DNA of 23,402 nt from Amoeboradix gromovi X-113. Lineage: Eukaryota > Fungi > Sanchytriomycota. Below, in pieces: positions 9,601 through 19,773 of this stretch. The position numbers were made by a program, and so were the translations under genes. The DNA lies in NCBI GenBank assembly GCA_018985225.1, contig JADGIF010000072.1, positions 1 to 23,402 on the forward strand, given 5' to 3'. Under the pieces are notes generated by a model. That model did not search any database and had not been told where the DNA came from. It saw only the letters and a program-made list of their open reading frames with translations. Within the stretch, counting starts at the first letter, position 1. The number at the start of each line of letters is the position of its first letter.

Positions 9601-12600
9601 TTTTCAATCTTGTCCAAATATCCCTTGCTTCCTATACTGATTAACAGTGCATCTGGTAGTTTGGACTTTAGCCAATTTATACATTGAAGCTGCGGATCTA
9701 TAAATAGACACCACCTGCTTGAATTGGTATACATTAAAGCATTCTCTATTGAGACTGGATCTCTAGGCAACCCTTCATTTTGCCATTTACTAACATCTGC
9801 GTCATTTGATAGAAACCTTATTAAATCAAAGTCATCACTAATCATGATGTCTATTGATTTCAAGTACTGCTTAAAGTTATCAAGTAGTTCTCTTCTGTAT
9901 AATTTAGTAAATGGTCCGGCAGATGCCAAAAATGCTGCACTCAACAACACATCACCAACAAGTGTGGTTTCTAATTTACTGTACATATTAATAGCTTCTC
10001 CCCATCTTAATCTTTCGCTGCTTAACCCGTTTACCAATCTATCAGCCAATCCAAGTGTTTCTTGAGTTTTTTGGGCCTCATGTTCACATTTCAGCTTCTC
10101 ACTAGTTGCTTTCTCAAACTTGTTCCTTAACTCTATCAAGTCATTGTCTAACTGCATAACTTTGCTTTTTACTTGCTGTAATTTAGTTTGGGCATGATTT
10201 AACTGATCCGAAGATTCTTTTAGCGCTATTCTTTTAGGTTCTACATCGCAGAACACATGATAGTAAATAACTATATTCACAACCCACCCACAGAGTCCTG
10301 CTGCTGCTTGACTCTTACTTTTAATAAAATCTGCTGTAAAATCAGGATTTTGTAAATAAGGCTTCAAAGCGTCCAAATTGTTTTGATTAATGTCTTCTTT
10401 GTTAAAATTGACTAGGCTATCTAGAAATCTGTCCACGTTTGCCATTGCCGCTTTGCATGCCTTCCATGATTTATCCTTTACTATTTTACCACTAGGGCTT
10501 AACAGTATAATTACAGCCGCTACGACATCTTGAACTTCTTGGGATGGCGACCCAAATGATTTTAATTCTGTCAGGTTGGATTTATTCAATGTATTTAATG
10601 CGTCACTAGCTGCCGCCAGTGCGGGCTCTGCTGCTTTTAGGTCTTGTTCGCATAACCTTTTCTTTTCTTCAACAACTATTGTGAATTCTTGAACCTTTTT
10701 CTCTTCCTCGTCGGCCAGCTTTTTTTCATAATTCACCTTTTCAGTGTTCTCCGCTACCGTTGCTATCAGCTTTTCAGCATTTTCATTCTTTATCTTTAAT
10801 TCAACCTCCTGATCTGCTAGTTTGCTCTTTAAAATGTCTACCTGTTCACTAGTTGATTTTAGTTTACTCAACCCATTCTCTAGTCTTTCTTTACCTCTAG
10901 TCAAATCTGATGATTTTCTTTCCAAAAGCAGTTTAAAGAGGTTTATGTATTCAAGAAACGATTTAGGTGTTGCATAGTTGTATCTCTTGTCTATAAGTAG
11001 ATACTTCTTATTTACCTCGTCACAGGTAGTTTGCCAATAGCACATGAACTTAGCCAACGTTTCTCTGCAGCCTACAGGTACTAATTCTATATCACTCAAA
11101 AACCTCATAGCTACACTGAACAATGCTTCTTGTGGCCATCCATGGAACCAATTTAAATAGGTGCTACTCATTAGTGCTGGAAATCTCCTGCATCTTCTTC
11201 TCAACTTGTCTCCTACAGGTGATAAACAGATTATAAGCCTTAAATTTAACTTCACATTATCAATAAACTTTGTCCAGCAATTCTCACTGTTATCAACTAA
11301 CCCCATCTGCTTGACCTCGCTTCTCATAGCATTTGTAATAGTTGATACTTCTTCGTCAGGGAACAGTTGAGGAACGTCCCCACTCGCTAAGAAGTCGTTA
11401 ATTACGATAAGCATTCTTTCATCTATCAAATGTGATTCAGTTATTAAAAACGTGATTTGTTGCTTTTTTAACCCACATTTCATAAACAACTGCGCTAAAT
11501 CCAGCTTAAAGTCTGCTATTCCATATCCCTTCTTTAGGCTGATTTGATAAATAGTTCTGCTTGCCAAGTATGAGGCCAATTTACTTAAAGATTGTTTACC
11601 GCTCCCACCGACTCCAACTAGCACGATATTACCTCTATTGAACTCCAATACTCTATTTATCCTGCAAACGTGTTTTATCGCATCCTCAAATAGCACTAGA
11701 TTCATCTGTGAGTTGATTTCATTATAATTATTAAGTCCTTCTTCTAATATTTTTCTGCTCTGTTCCACCGTTGTTTTTAAGTATTTACCTTCATTTAGTC
11801 CCTTGGCAAATTTGCTGAATAAATTTGGTTCAATCTTCTCATTAAACTCTTTGTTGATCAGTTCTGATGAAATCCTAGCATAGCTATCCACATCTTCCTT
11901 TGTCATCATTCTATCACCATATACCCTCTGGCATTCATGCTGAATCAGATTGGCAAGATCCAAGGTACTAGTCATTTCGCTGTCTGCTGCTAGTATGCCT
12001 TGAAATACGCTACTTATTTCTCTCATATTGAATATGTAATGAAATTTAACAGCTGTAGGTAGAAATGTCGTACTAATTTTTTTATGTATGCTTAACACAG
12101 CATTTACAATCTTAGGTAAGTGGACAGTAAAAGACTGGTTTATTTGACCAACACATATATTGCTGTATATCTTGTTTAAATCATCATCACTTGGTGCATT
12201 CATCACAAATATTGAAAAATGTCGCTGTAGTCTCTTTGAGATCGTGAAATTGCCACTGGTCGGATTCATTGCACATATATATTGACAATTTACAATGTCT
12301 TTTAGCTGCATCTTACTTCTATCATACCAATGATTGTAATCTAGCTGTTGTCTCAATAGCGTGTGACAGCTTACAGTCCCATATTTATCTACTTCCGGCA
12401 TGTTCAGGTCGTCTATGAAGTAGATCAGTTTTTTATTGCCCACAGGCCCATAAGTTTTTCCAACTTTCTTTTCCAATGGTTTCTCTAGTATTGGTTGTAA
12501 AGATGTCGAGTTTGTGTAATAATTAAATGGAATGTTAACAAAGTTATGAGTGTCTGTAAACTGCTGCAGTTTTTGTTTGATTAAGCAAGTTTTACCTACA

Positions 12601-15600
12601 CCTGCCATACCCACTAGAAGCGTAGGATGTCCGTTTCCTATTAAGATATCTAGAAGATAATATTGTCTAATTGTTTCTGTTATTGGTATCATGGTATCAA
12701 ATATCACGTCTTTCATTTCTGCAGTAAACATTCGCTGTTCCCAATTTACAAATCTCTTCTTCTCTTGATCATAAAAATAATCAAACACATTCATATCGGA
12801 TGCATAAACAGTGTTAAATTCTTGCTTAAACATTTTACTAAATTCTAATCTGTAATCTATTAGGGCATCCTGCATAATTGTTCCACCAAATGCCCACACA
12901 CAGCTAAACGCAAAGAATCCTTCTAAGACTTCCTTTTCAAAAGGCTTTGTTAAAAAATGGTCCAAGAATCTGAACAAAGTGTTAATCATGTTAAATGGCA
13001 ATATGTCACAGTGTTTAACTTTTTTTATAAATTCTAAACATGCTGCTACATATCTTTCAAATAATTGCGATAAAATAGCCCTCTCGTTTGCATCCTCTCT
13101 TTTTTGTATCCAGCTATTTATTATTGCATTCATGCTAACATCATTCTGACTTATGTACAATATACCTGCCCTACTAACCGTTGCTGGCGTTGCATACTTT
13201 AAATCACCAATTTCAAATATCAGCCTCATATTATCTTTTAAAGGTATTCTCTCATTACTAGCCAATGTCAACACTTTATTATCATCCATAACAGTATTCA
13301 GAGATTCAATCCACATTGGATCTATGTCCCCATCTAGCAAGATCCACTTGCTGTCGTTGTTACCATTTGAAAAGTCTCTCATCACAGTACTGAATAACCC
13401 ATCTTTCCATTCCCTGGTCGACGGATTCATGAACCCGAACAATTCATCATTTGTCACTGCTTTTGGATCTAAATCAGCAAATTGACACTTTCTATTCAAT
13501 TTATGATATGCCCTGAACAGTGTTTTCCATACTTTGGATTTTCCAGTAGCCGCGTCACCTAAAATAAATACACAGTGTCGCACCTGTAACAACTCTTCTA
13601 GCTGTACTACTTTTAATATAAAACTATCTTCTGGCTGCAAATTCAGCTCCAAAGCACTACATCTAATCTCGGTTTCCAATTTGTGATCTCTTTTTCTCAG
13701 TACTTCCAATTTTGGGAATAAATCGGCAATCAATCCCATAAATATAGGAACATCTTCCAACACTATTTTAGGAACGTTAAAATCACGCAATGCTCTCATT
13801 AGCACTTGATCTTCTGGCGTAGTATTTGGCTCACTCCGCTTTAAGCTGCCGGCTACAACTAAAACACTCTTTATTGCTCTCAATCCCCAATCATAATGAT
13901 CTTGCTTGCTGAGGAGTTCCCTATTTAGTTTATATAATGTGTTAAACTTTCGGGCTAGTAGGTTTGCACTTGTAAATCCCTCAGCCATTAGCATAATTTC
14001 CATAATTAGTTCTAAATTAGGAACAACCATGGAACACGGTCTAAACAATGCTTTTAAATTATCGGGTAGTTCGGCTCTGCCTGCATATCCCGGGTTCATG
14101 GTAATCCAAATACCAACCGTCTGTTTCAATTTAATATCTTCTCCTAAGAAGTTGAACCTCTGTTTTTTAGCTCTTAGAGCGTCCTGAATACTCTTAACCT
14201 GTGTTGCAATTACACTTAAAACCTCCACACTGATTCTGTTAAACTCATCAAAACAGCCCCAACTACCACTCTGTGCTAGACCCTTGTAAATATTACCTAC
14301 ACTTTGATAGTCCATCTGCTCTGAACAATTAAAGACATATACCATAATTGCCATTGCTTTTCCTAAATCTTTGACTGTCTCTGTTTTACCAGTTCCAGCA
14401 GGTCCTTGAGGACTTCCTCCTAACTTCAGATGCAGCGCTTGTGATAAAGTTATATAACATCTATCTGTCAATGGGGTAACCACCAATCTAGCCGTATTGC
14501 CAAGATACTCGTAATTGTATCTAAACTTCGCATCACAAATGTTTATCAAGCAGTCTTTTTCATCATCATCCCACCGAATTCTTAATTGCGACTGCCAGCT
14601 CCAACACTGCGCATTTGTTGCCTTCTCCATTATCAGTTTACTCACTACATCTCTAGCATGTACATCTAATGTGCAAATGGTCATAACAAGAGTTCTGTCA
14701 TTTTTGCTCAAAGTTCCCTGTATTAGTGTTATTAGATTGGTAAGCTGCACACACTGCTTTTTGTACAAATCCTTCATTGCCATCTCATTCCCTTCTTCCA
14801 TTTTGATAAATGCCATGTTCACTTCTGAAGTCCAGAAGAGTTGAGTTCCCGCCAACGCTAGCTGAGAGCAGTGTTCTAAAATCCATTTTTCCCTTGGCCT
14901 TTCATCGTATTGTGCTATAGCATCGTTCAATTTGTATTTCAAACACTTCTTCATTTCGTTCTCTATGTCGCATAACCAGTGCTCTACAGCTCCCTTCAAC
15001 ACCAATGGCTGTTGAAACTCGACATACTCTTTCTCTCTGCTGTACATTCCTTTAATTACACTGCAATTTTCAGTTGCATCTACGAACTCTAAATCGCATA
15101 AATTATCAAACAACTTGCTCAAGTGTGATGATACCGATCTGGGGCAATTTCCATTACTCAATATGTCTAGCAAATCGGCACTGCTAATGAAATAAAATCG
15201 TGGAAATACCAGTCTTTTTGTCTCCAAATAGTCACTCAGTGCTTTTTCGCATTTCTGTAATTCATAGTGATATCCCTCCAATTTATCTAGTAGATTAGGC
15301 GTATTGCACATATCTATTATACCCGTCTTTTCTGTAACATGGAATTCTGTCATTAATGCTATAAAGTCCTCTGAAGTATTATGAAATCTTAATGTGTCAT
15401 CGGGTAACTGCTTCTTTATATCCTCGCTCTGACTAAATATGGTCTGCAAGTGACACCATGTAGTTTGCACAGTATTCAGTATAGTTATAATGCTATCCAC
15501 AGTTCCTAGAGTATTCTGCCATTCTACTATGTCACTTTTGAAGTAATCTATATTCTTACTATTCAGTAGATTCTGCAGCATCAATTGGTTATCCTCGAGA

Positions 15601-18600
15601 CATTCTACTAGATTATCAGGCATTTTGGCAATATAAGCATTTGAACTCTTCTCAAATACAAAGTTCATCAACTGCCATTGTTGATTAACATCATTAAGTA
15701 CCTTTTGTATTGATTGCTCCTTGTTCGACTTGTCAATTATAGTGCGCACATCGTCTTCATAGTGATGTAATTGCAACAGTAGCAGATCCTGCAGTGAATT
15801 CTTGTCGCTAATTATAATATTTACCTTAGCTAGCACCATCAACTGATCCCAATGGCGCTGTTTAATAAATGGACTCTTTAATTCACCAATTATTGTTATT
15901 TGCATAGTAATGTCTTTTACGTATTTTTCTACAAATGTAAATATTGGCCATGCCTTGACATCTTTGTCCATTTTTTTCAAATCCTTTAGCAAATCCTTAC
16001 TAAATTGTTCAATATATTCTACATCTATTAACTTCCACTGCATTTTTCTATAATGCTCAAACTTGGTGAGAGTGTAGAATGTAAAATCCCACACACTCTT
16101 TAACTGCCTCAAATTGAACAGGCAAGCGTCTAGCAACTCCATCCTTGGCACTTCAATCTCTAATACACTACTTACATTAACCAGTTCCTGTTTTTCTATT
16201 AAAAGCTGCCCTATTTCCCTTTGATAGTCATTAATTTGTGAATATTTAAATTCTGCATTATATTTGTATGGTCCGTTTACCAAGAAGTCTTCTCTGAAGT
16301 TCAATACCTTTCTATGTAGCCTTTTTAATTTCGATTCGATATTCTCTATCACTTGGACTTTCAGCGGGAGAATAGTCTCATTAGTTTTAAATGCAATTTT
16401 ATTCAGGCTCGCATGAAATTCTTTCAGCTCTTTGAAATTGTTCATTACTCCATCACTTGCGATGTTATTGCCCTTTAGAACTGATATTGTATTCTCCATC
16501 TGATCAAAAAAGTGCTGCTTGGTTTTATCAAACGCCGAAATCTGATTTATTGTTCGTATCTTGTCTATCAACAGGCTGTAATTGTCTGCATTTAAATCTT
16601 GCTTTAACAATTCCATTTGCTCATTAAACTGTGATGTATACTTACTTACCAGCACATTAAAATCGCTCTCATATTGATTTAGCAACTGGCCAATAGTCTT
16701 TTTAATACAGCTGCTGATGTAGTTCTTATAATTTCTCATATCCATTTTTATCCACCCATTAATTAAAATCTCATTTCTCAGTTCCTTTATCTGTACTTGC
16801 AGTGATTGTAATTTGTCCAGTTCTTCTTGCACTTTATCGTCCTTTAAGGTTTTCTCAATCCACGATTGTCTAGATATGTTATATAGAAATTGATAAACTA
16901 CCAAGTCATGCTTAAAATCGTTACCATCTTTCTGTGTTTTATCAATATTTATCACAATCTTCGATTCTAAATCCTTCACTTCAAATGAGTTCATTATTAT
17001 ATCATAAACATTCACCTCTCCATTTTTTCGGAACAACGTTATTTGTTTTGCTGTGTTCTTTATTTGGTCTACAATAAATTGTATTAATTCATATATGCTG
17101 TTCTTTGTCTTACTTATGTTAGGCATTAACACTAGTTCGTGATTTATTACATCTACTATTACCTCTACAAATACTTGCTCGCTTGCCATTTTTGTGTTTT
17201 CCAACAAAATCTTCAACGTGCTGATAGTCCATTCTTTTATTGCAGTAATCAACAGCTCATCCAAATAGTCATGAAATATAGAATAGTCTGAATGCACTAC
17301 AACAGAATGAATGTTCTCTAATTGTGAATTAAACTTTACAAAGCTAGAGCTTATCAGCATCTCTATGTTTGAATATCGCTCTTTTATCTCTGAAACTGTT
17401 ATGCACTTTTTAACATCTTTATCTAGCAATAAATGCTGCATCCACTCTTCTGTTGTGAGTTTAATTAAGTTCATTAACTGTTGCATTAAAGAATATCTCA
17501 TAATACAGGTGTCTATGGCATTCCATAGATTATTAACTAGGTCACCGATGTCCTGATCCCAAGTCATTGTATATCTACATTCATCAACATGTTGGGCAAT
17601 TATGGTCAAATAGTCTGCTAACATATCTTGACTCATTGAATCCATCGGAAGTATGATGTTATTGTATGCATTACATGCTTTTCTAAGTATTCGAATACAA
17701 TTTTGTATGGTACTACTCTTTTTATAAAATGCTGTTACAAAATCCGGAAGCATTAATTCAAATTGTAATTGCTGTTTGTACGCTATAAACAGCCTAATCT
17801 CATGCATATTGACTATAATATCACTGTTAATGTTGATTTTTATAGCGTTTGAATAGTTATCGGTTTTGCATTCCGAAAACACTGTGCTCAAGAAAGCTTG
17901 CTTTTCAACCTGCAAGTCTAGGCTACACAGCAGCGGAACCTTTAGATTAGAACTGGTTACATCTTCCATGTCTAAATGCCATTGCTTCCAGGTTATACCA
18001 ATCTCGGTAGTAATATACTCAATCATTTTAGAACATTTATTTATGAAAACGGTGAAGTCCACATCTAATACAACATATCGAGTTACTGTCGAAGTAAGTT
18101 CTTCTAACTTGCGTTTATACTCATAAGCTTCTACAATATATCCCATTACAGGAGGAACATTGTGCAGGTTAATCTTAATAGATTTGACACAATAAAATAT
18201 TGATTGAACGGTAGAATGATACTCCTCAAAGAGCTCAATATAGAAATTGATTAGATACTCTAGCACTGCAGGTCTCTTTAAGAAAGACTCTAAAACTTCT
18301 AAAACCCTCAATTTCATCCAAATGTCACCATATTCGTCGCAGTTACGTTTAATTACACTGGCAATATCCCTATCTAGTTGGTAAATCATCTTAAAAAAGT
18401 CCAAATAATCACACGTTGAAACACCAATATCTAACAAATCGCAAGATTTCGATTTAAGTTCTTCAAAGGATTTATTATACTGAAAAAACGATTTAGTAAT
18501 AACGTCGTTATAGATTTCGTTCTTGATGCCACCTAATTCTATCTTTTCTAACTTACAATACACCGACTGTGATTCAACAACCTCCTGAATGAACTCTAGT

Positions 18601-19649
18601 CTTTTAATGAATTCGCTACAATCATAGTACATATTGCCCGAGACATCAGGAAAACATTTTAGTAAATACTCTACATACTTGAGCACTACGGATTTGAGAT
18701 ATTTTAAACTTGTCGTGGAAACATAGCAATCAAGTGACAGGTAGTCCAGACCATAAATATTTTTAAGTAACTCAACTACTTCTTTTGATACTTTTGGGAT
18801 AACAATTTCCAATAAATGCTCTTTAGAGTATTCTTGAAAAAGCGGTAGTGATTCTTTTAAAGCTTTAGGAATCATAGCAATAGCATACTCTACATCTTTG
18901 ACATCAGGCGAAGTCTCTTTTAGAATGGACAACCATTTCTCGCATGCCTTAAATCCTGAGCAGACCTCTAAAGTAGTTTGAAGCAGGTGTAACTTCTCTT
19001 CAACATTCTTTAGAGTAAATCTAAATGGGGAGAATTCAAGCAGCTTCTCGACCTGACTGAATATTGGGGAGGAATGCTTATCACGAACTTCAAAGTAGAT
19101 GGACTGAATTTCATCCCAAAAAGAAATCTCTTCACTGAGAGTTTCCCGCCTCTGATTTGAAATTCGATCCAGCAATTGCTGTAATCCCTCTTTCCAGTTC
19201 ATAATCAGTGATTCTGAGTTTCCAATAGTTTGCACTCCGAATTCTACTTCCTTGAATTCAATTTTATGCAGTGCCTGTAAAGCCGCATTTTTAATGTTTT
19301 GAGTGGTCGTAGACAATACCATCTGCTCCACATTATTACCAGATGCCATATTTAAAACGACCAAGTCGTTTAAGAATCTCGTAGGTAGACTCTCATGGTA
19401 AATAGTGTGTCCATTTAGCTTTGAGTACACGTAAATTTTCTTTTTCATGTTCAAACCTGGTAGCATGCTATCTTTTGTTATTACTAGCTCATCTTTCAGG
19501 GAAATGTACACATAAATTGTGAAGTTGTGGGTTTCTTGAAATTTACTTAAAAGGTCAGAGTTGTCCTGGATTCCTTTTCTCAGCTTGTCTTGCTTGCAGT
19601 TTACAGTTTGCAAAATCCATTCTTGGATTTGTGGCTCTGCTGTTGGCAT
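6663..19649 (-). CDS. Axonemal outer-arm dynein heavy chain, beta-type (DNAH9/11/17, Chlamydomonas ODA4 class), about 4328 aa, single ORF
   Basis: P-loops GPAGTGKT, GDAATGKS, GMAGVGKT, GVGGSGKQS; VYVFNCSEQMDY, WGCFDEFNRISVEVLSV, LLSKQDHYDWGLRAIKSVLVVAG; C-terminus CPIYKTKQRGPTYIWTLNLK typical of the DNAH9/17 class. First ATG at 19649. Confidence 0.95.
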   Translation of the reverse strand: MPTAEPQIQEWILQTVNCKQDKLRKGIQDNSDLLSKFQETHNFTIYVYISLKDELVITKDSMLPGLNMKKKIYVYSKLNGHTIYHESLPTRFLNDLVVLNMASGNNVEQMVLSTTTQNIKNAALQALHKIEFKEVEFGVQTIGNSESLIMNWKEGLQQLLDRISNQRRETLSEEISFWDEIQSIYFEVRDKHSSPIFSQVEKLLEFSPFRFTLKNVEEKLHLLQTTLEVCSGFKACEKWLSILKETSPDVKDVEYAIAMIPKALKESLPLFQEYSKEHLLEIVIPKVSKEVVELLKNIYGLDYLSLDCYVSTTSLKYLKSVVLKYVEYLLKCFPDVSGNMYYDCSEFIKRLEFIQEVVESQSVYCKLEKIELGGIKNEIYNDVITKSFFQYNKSFEELKSKSCDLLDIGVSTCDYLDFFKMIYQLDRDIASVIKRNCDEYGDIWMKLRVLEVLESFLKRPAVLEYLINFYIELFEEYHSTVQSIFYCVKSIKINLHNVPPVMGYIVEAYEYKRKLEELTSTVTRYVVLDVDFTVFINKCSKMIEYITTEIGITWKQWHLDMEDVTSSNLKVPLLCSLDLQVEKQAFLSTVFSECKTDNYSNAIKININSDIIVNMHEIRLFIAYKQQLQFELMLPDFVTAFYKKSSTIQNCIRILRKACNAYNNIILPMDSMSQDMLADYLTIIAQHVDECRYTMTWDQDIGDLVNNLWNAIDTCIMRYSLMQQLMNLIKLTTEEWMQHLLLDKDVKKCITVSEIKERYSNIEMLISSSFVKFNSQLENIHSVVVHSDYSIFHDYLDELLITAIKEWTISTLKILLENTKMASEQVFVEVIVDVINHELVLMPNISKTKNSIYELIQFIVDQIKNTAKQITLFRKNGEVNVYDIIMNSFEVKDLESKIVINIDKTQKDGNDFKHDLVVYQFLYNISRQSWIEKTLKDDKVQEELDKLQSLQVQIKELRNEILINGWIKMDMRNYKNYISSCIKKTIGQLLNQYESDFNVLVSKYTSQFNEQMELLKQDLNADNYSLLIDKIRTINQISAFDKTKQHFFDQMENTISVLKGNNIASDGVMNNFKELKEFHASLNKIAFKTNETILPLKVQVIENIESKLKRLHRKVLNFREDFLVNGPYKYNAEFKYSQINDYQREIGQLLIEKQELVNVSSVLEIEVPRMELLDACLFNLRQLKSVWDFTFYTLTKFEHYRKMQWKLIDVEYIEQFSKDLLKDLKKMDKDVKAWPIFTFVEKYVKDITMQITIIGELKSPFIKQRHWDQLMVLAKVNIIISDKNSLQDLLLLQLHHYEDDVRTIIDKSNKEQSIQKVLNDVNQQWQLMNFVFEKSSNAYIAKMPDNLVECLEDNQLMLQNLLNSKNIDYFKSDIVEWQNTLGTVDSIITILNTVQTTWCHLQTIFSQSEDIKKQLPDDTLRFHNTSEDFIALMTEFHVTEKTGIIDMCNTPNLLDKLEGYHYELQKCEKALSDYLETKRLVFPRFYFISSADLLDILSNGNCPRSVSSHLSKLFDNLCDLEFVDATENCSVIKGMYSREKEYVEFQQPLVLKGAVEHWLCDIENEMKKCLKYKLNDAIAQYDERPREKWILEHCSQLALAGTQLFWTSEVNMAFIKMEEGNEMAMKDLYKKQCVQLTNLITLIQGTLSKNDRTLVMTICTLDVHARDVVSKLIMEKATNAQCWSWQSQLRIRWDDDEKDCLINICDAKFRYNYEYLGNTARLVVTPLTDRCYITLSQALHLKLGGSPQGPAGTGKTETVKDLGKAMAIMVYVFNCSEQMDYQSVGNIYKGLAQSGSWGCFDEFNRISVEVLSVIATQVKSIQDALRAKKQRFNFLGEDIKLKQTVGIWITMNPGYAGRAELPDNLKALFRPCSMVVPNLELIMEIMLMAEGFTSANLLARKFNTLYKLNRELLSKQDHYDWGLRAIKSVLVVAGSLKRSEPNTTPEDQVLMRALRDFNVPKIVLEDVPIFMGLIADLFPKLEVLRKRDHKLETEIRCSALELNLQPEDSFILKVVQLEELLQVRHCVFILGDAATGKSKVWKTLFRAYHKLNRKCQFADLDPKAVTNDELFGFMNPSTREWKDGLFSTVMRDFSNGNNDSKWILLDGDIDPMWIESLNTVMDDNKVLTLASNERIPLKDNMRLIFEIGDLKYATPATVSRAGILYISQNDVSMNAIINSWIQKREDANERAILSQLFERYVAACLEFIKKVKHCDILPFNMINTLFRFLDHFLTKPFEKEVLEGFFAFSCVWAFGGTIMQDALIDYRLEFSKMFKQEFNTVYASDMNVFDYFYDQEKKRFVNWEQRMFTAEMKDVIFDTMIPITETIRQYYLLDILIGNGHPTLLVGMAGVGKTCLIKQKLQQFTDTHNFVNIPFNYYTNSTSLQPILEKPLEKKVGKTYGPVGNKKLIYFIDDLNMPEVDKYGTVSCHTLLRQQLDYNHWYDRSKMQLKDIVNCQYICAMNPTSGNFTISKRLQRHFSIFVMNAPSDDDLNKIYSNICVGQINQSFTVHLPKIVNAVLSIHKKISTTFLPTAVKFHYIFNMREISSVFQGILAADSEMTSTLDLANLIQHECQRVYGDRMMTKEDVDSYARISSELINKEFNEKIEPNLFSKFAKGLNEGKYLKTTVEQSRKILEEGLNNYNEINSQMNLVLFEDAIKHVCRINRVLEFNRGNIVLVGVGGSGKQSLSKLASYLASRTIYQISLKKGYGIADFKLDLAQLFMKCGLKKQQITFLITESHLIDERMLIVINDFLASGDVPQLFPDEEVSTITNAMRSEVKQMGLVDNSENCWTKFIDNVKLNLRLIICLSPVGDKLRRRCRRFPALMSSTYLNWFHGWPQEALFSVAMRFLSDIELVPVGCRETLAKFMCYWQTTCDEVNKKYLLIDKRYNYATPKSFLEYINLFKLLLERKSSDLTRGKERLENGLSKLKSTSEQVDILKSKLADQEVELKIKNENAEKLIATVAENTEKVNYEKKLADEEEKKVQEFTIVVEEKKRLCEQDLKAAEPALAAASDALNTLNKSNLTELKSFGSPSQEVQDVVAAVIILLSPSGKIVKDKSWKACKAAMANVDRFLDSLVNFNKEDINQNNLDALKPYLQNPDFTADFIKSKSQAAAGLCGWVVNIVIYYHVFCDVEPKRIALKESSDQLNHAQTKLQQVKSKVMQLDNDLIELRNKFEKATSEKLKCEHEAQKTQETLGLADRLVNGLSSERLRWGEAINMYSKLETTLVGDVLLSAAFLASAGPFTKLYRRELLDNFKQYLKSIDIMISDDFDLIRFLSNDADVSKWQNEGLPRDPVSIENALMYTNSSRWCLFIDPQLQCINWLKSKLPDALLISIGSKGYLDKIEKCISEGLTCILEDVSEQLDPILDNIISNNKIKKNKYYLLGDKDVEIHSKFKLILQTRLPNPHYTPEVQAQTCIINFTVTIQGLEDQLLADVVNVERSELEKSRAELTRQQNEFKIKLLELEDNLLFKLSSAQGNFLGDTTLVENLESTKRTAIEIEFKVKEAFKTEIRINEIREIYRPVADRSSMLYFLLNSMWVIHPMYQYSLKSFKNVFFRAISKAETAEEVKDRVKCLIECITFEVFSSTSRGLFENDKLIFVSQLVFNIMLKEQEIDAVDLDYLLRCPRQVSTCPIEWINDGQWQTLKALTKIDALKELCNDLEQSNKRWKKYCELEQPENEKLPSEWKNRTAIQQLCILRALRPDRILYGLRQFISTKIGDRYVNGNRTPFGATFQESSAYIPIFFILSPGVDPVKDVEQIGKTLGISTELNNFYNISLGQGQEIVAERALDIAIVQGGWVMLQNIHLVAKWLPTLEKKMEEIFRLDINVNFRLFLSAEPAGDPLYHIIPTSILQQSIKITNEAPTGMKANLHKALDNFDQEILDKCSKELEFKSILFALCYFHAVVVERKKFGAIGWNRSYPFNNGDLTISVDVLFNYLESFSKIPWDDIRYIFGEIMYGGHISDDLDRRLCATYLQVYVREELFDTSLLYCANFNAPPSLDYNEYHRYIDENLPLENPLLYGMHPNAEISVQTITSEKLFMTMMELQPKESLGQGKVSKEELLRVMIEEMIVLIPEVFGDMSAKIEDKTPFTSVCLQECDRMSKILTEMKRSLIELLLGLNGDLSTTDLMEQMMQSLHLNKIPENWIKMTYPSSNSLNLWFVDLLNRYKQLEGWISDFNVPICVNLSWLFNPQAFLTAVMQTTARRNEWPLDKMTLNIEVLKKTREEIIQGPRDGIYMDGLYLEGARYENGLTDSRMKELYFQMPVIHVKAVTVDKADMNGYPCPIYKTKQRGPTYIWTLNLKSKDVINKWILGGVAMLLSQ

Positions 19650-19773
19650 TTTGACCTTTAGCACGAAACACTTGAATTCAGGATATTTATAGTAAAATCC
19701 TTAAACTGTGACAATGGTGGCAAACAATGTCGTATTACCTCTATTAAACTAAATGTATTTACTTCAATTACTT

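Noticed and set aside
6979-18126. Many + strand ORFs inside dynein, and similar shadow ORFs in the transporter, CK1, actinin, RFC, GPI and Pex genes
   Set aside because: Antisense or alternate-frame shadows of real genes, many with non-ATG starts and no motifs.
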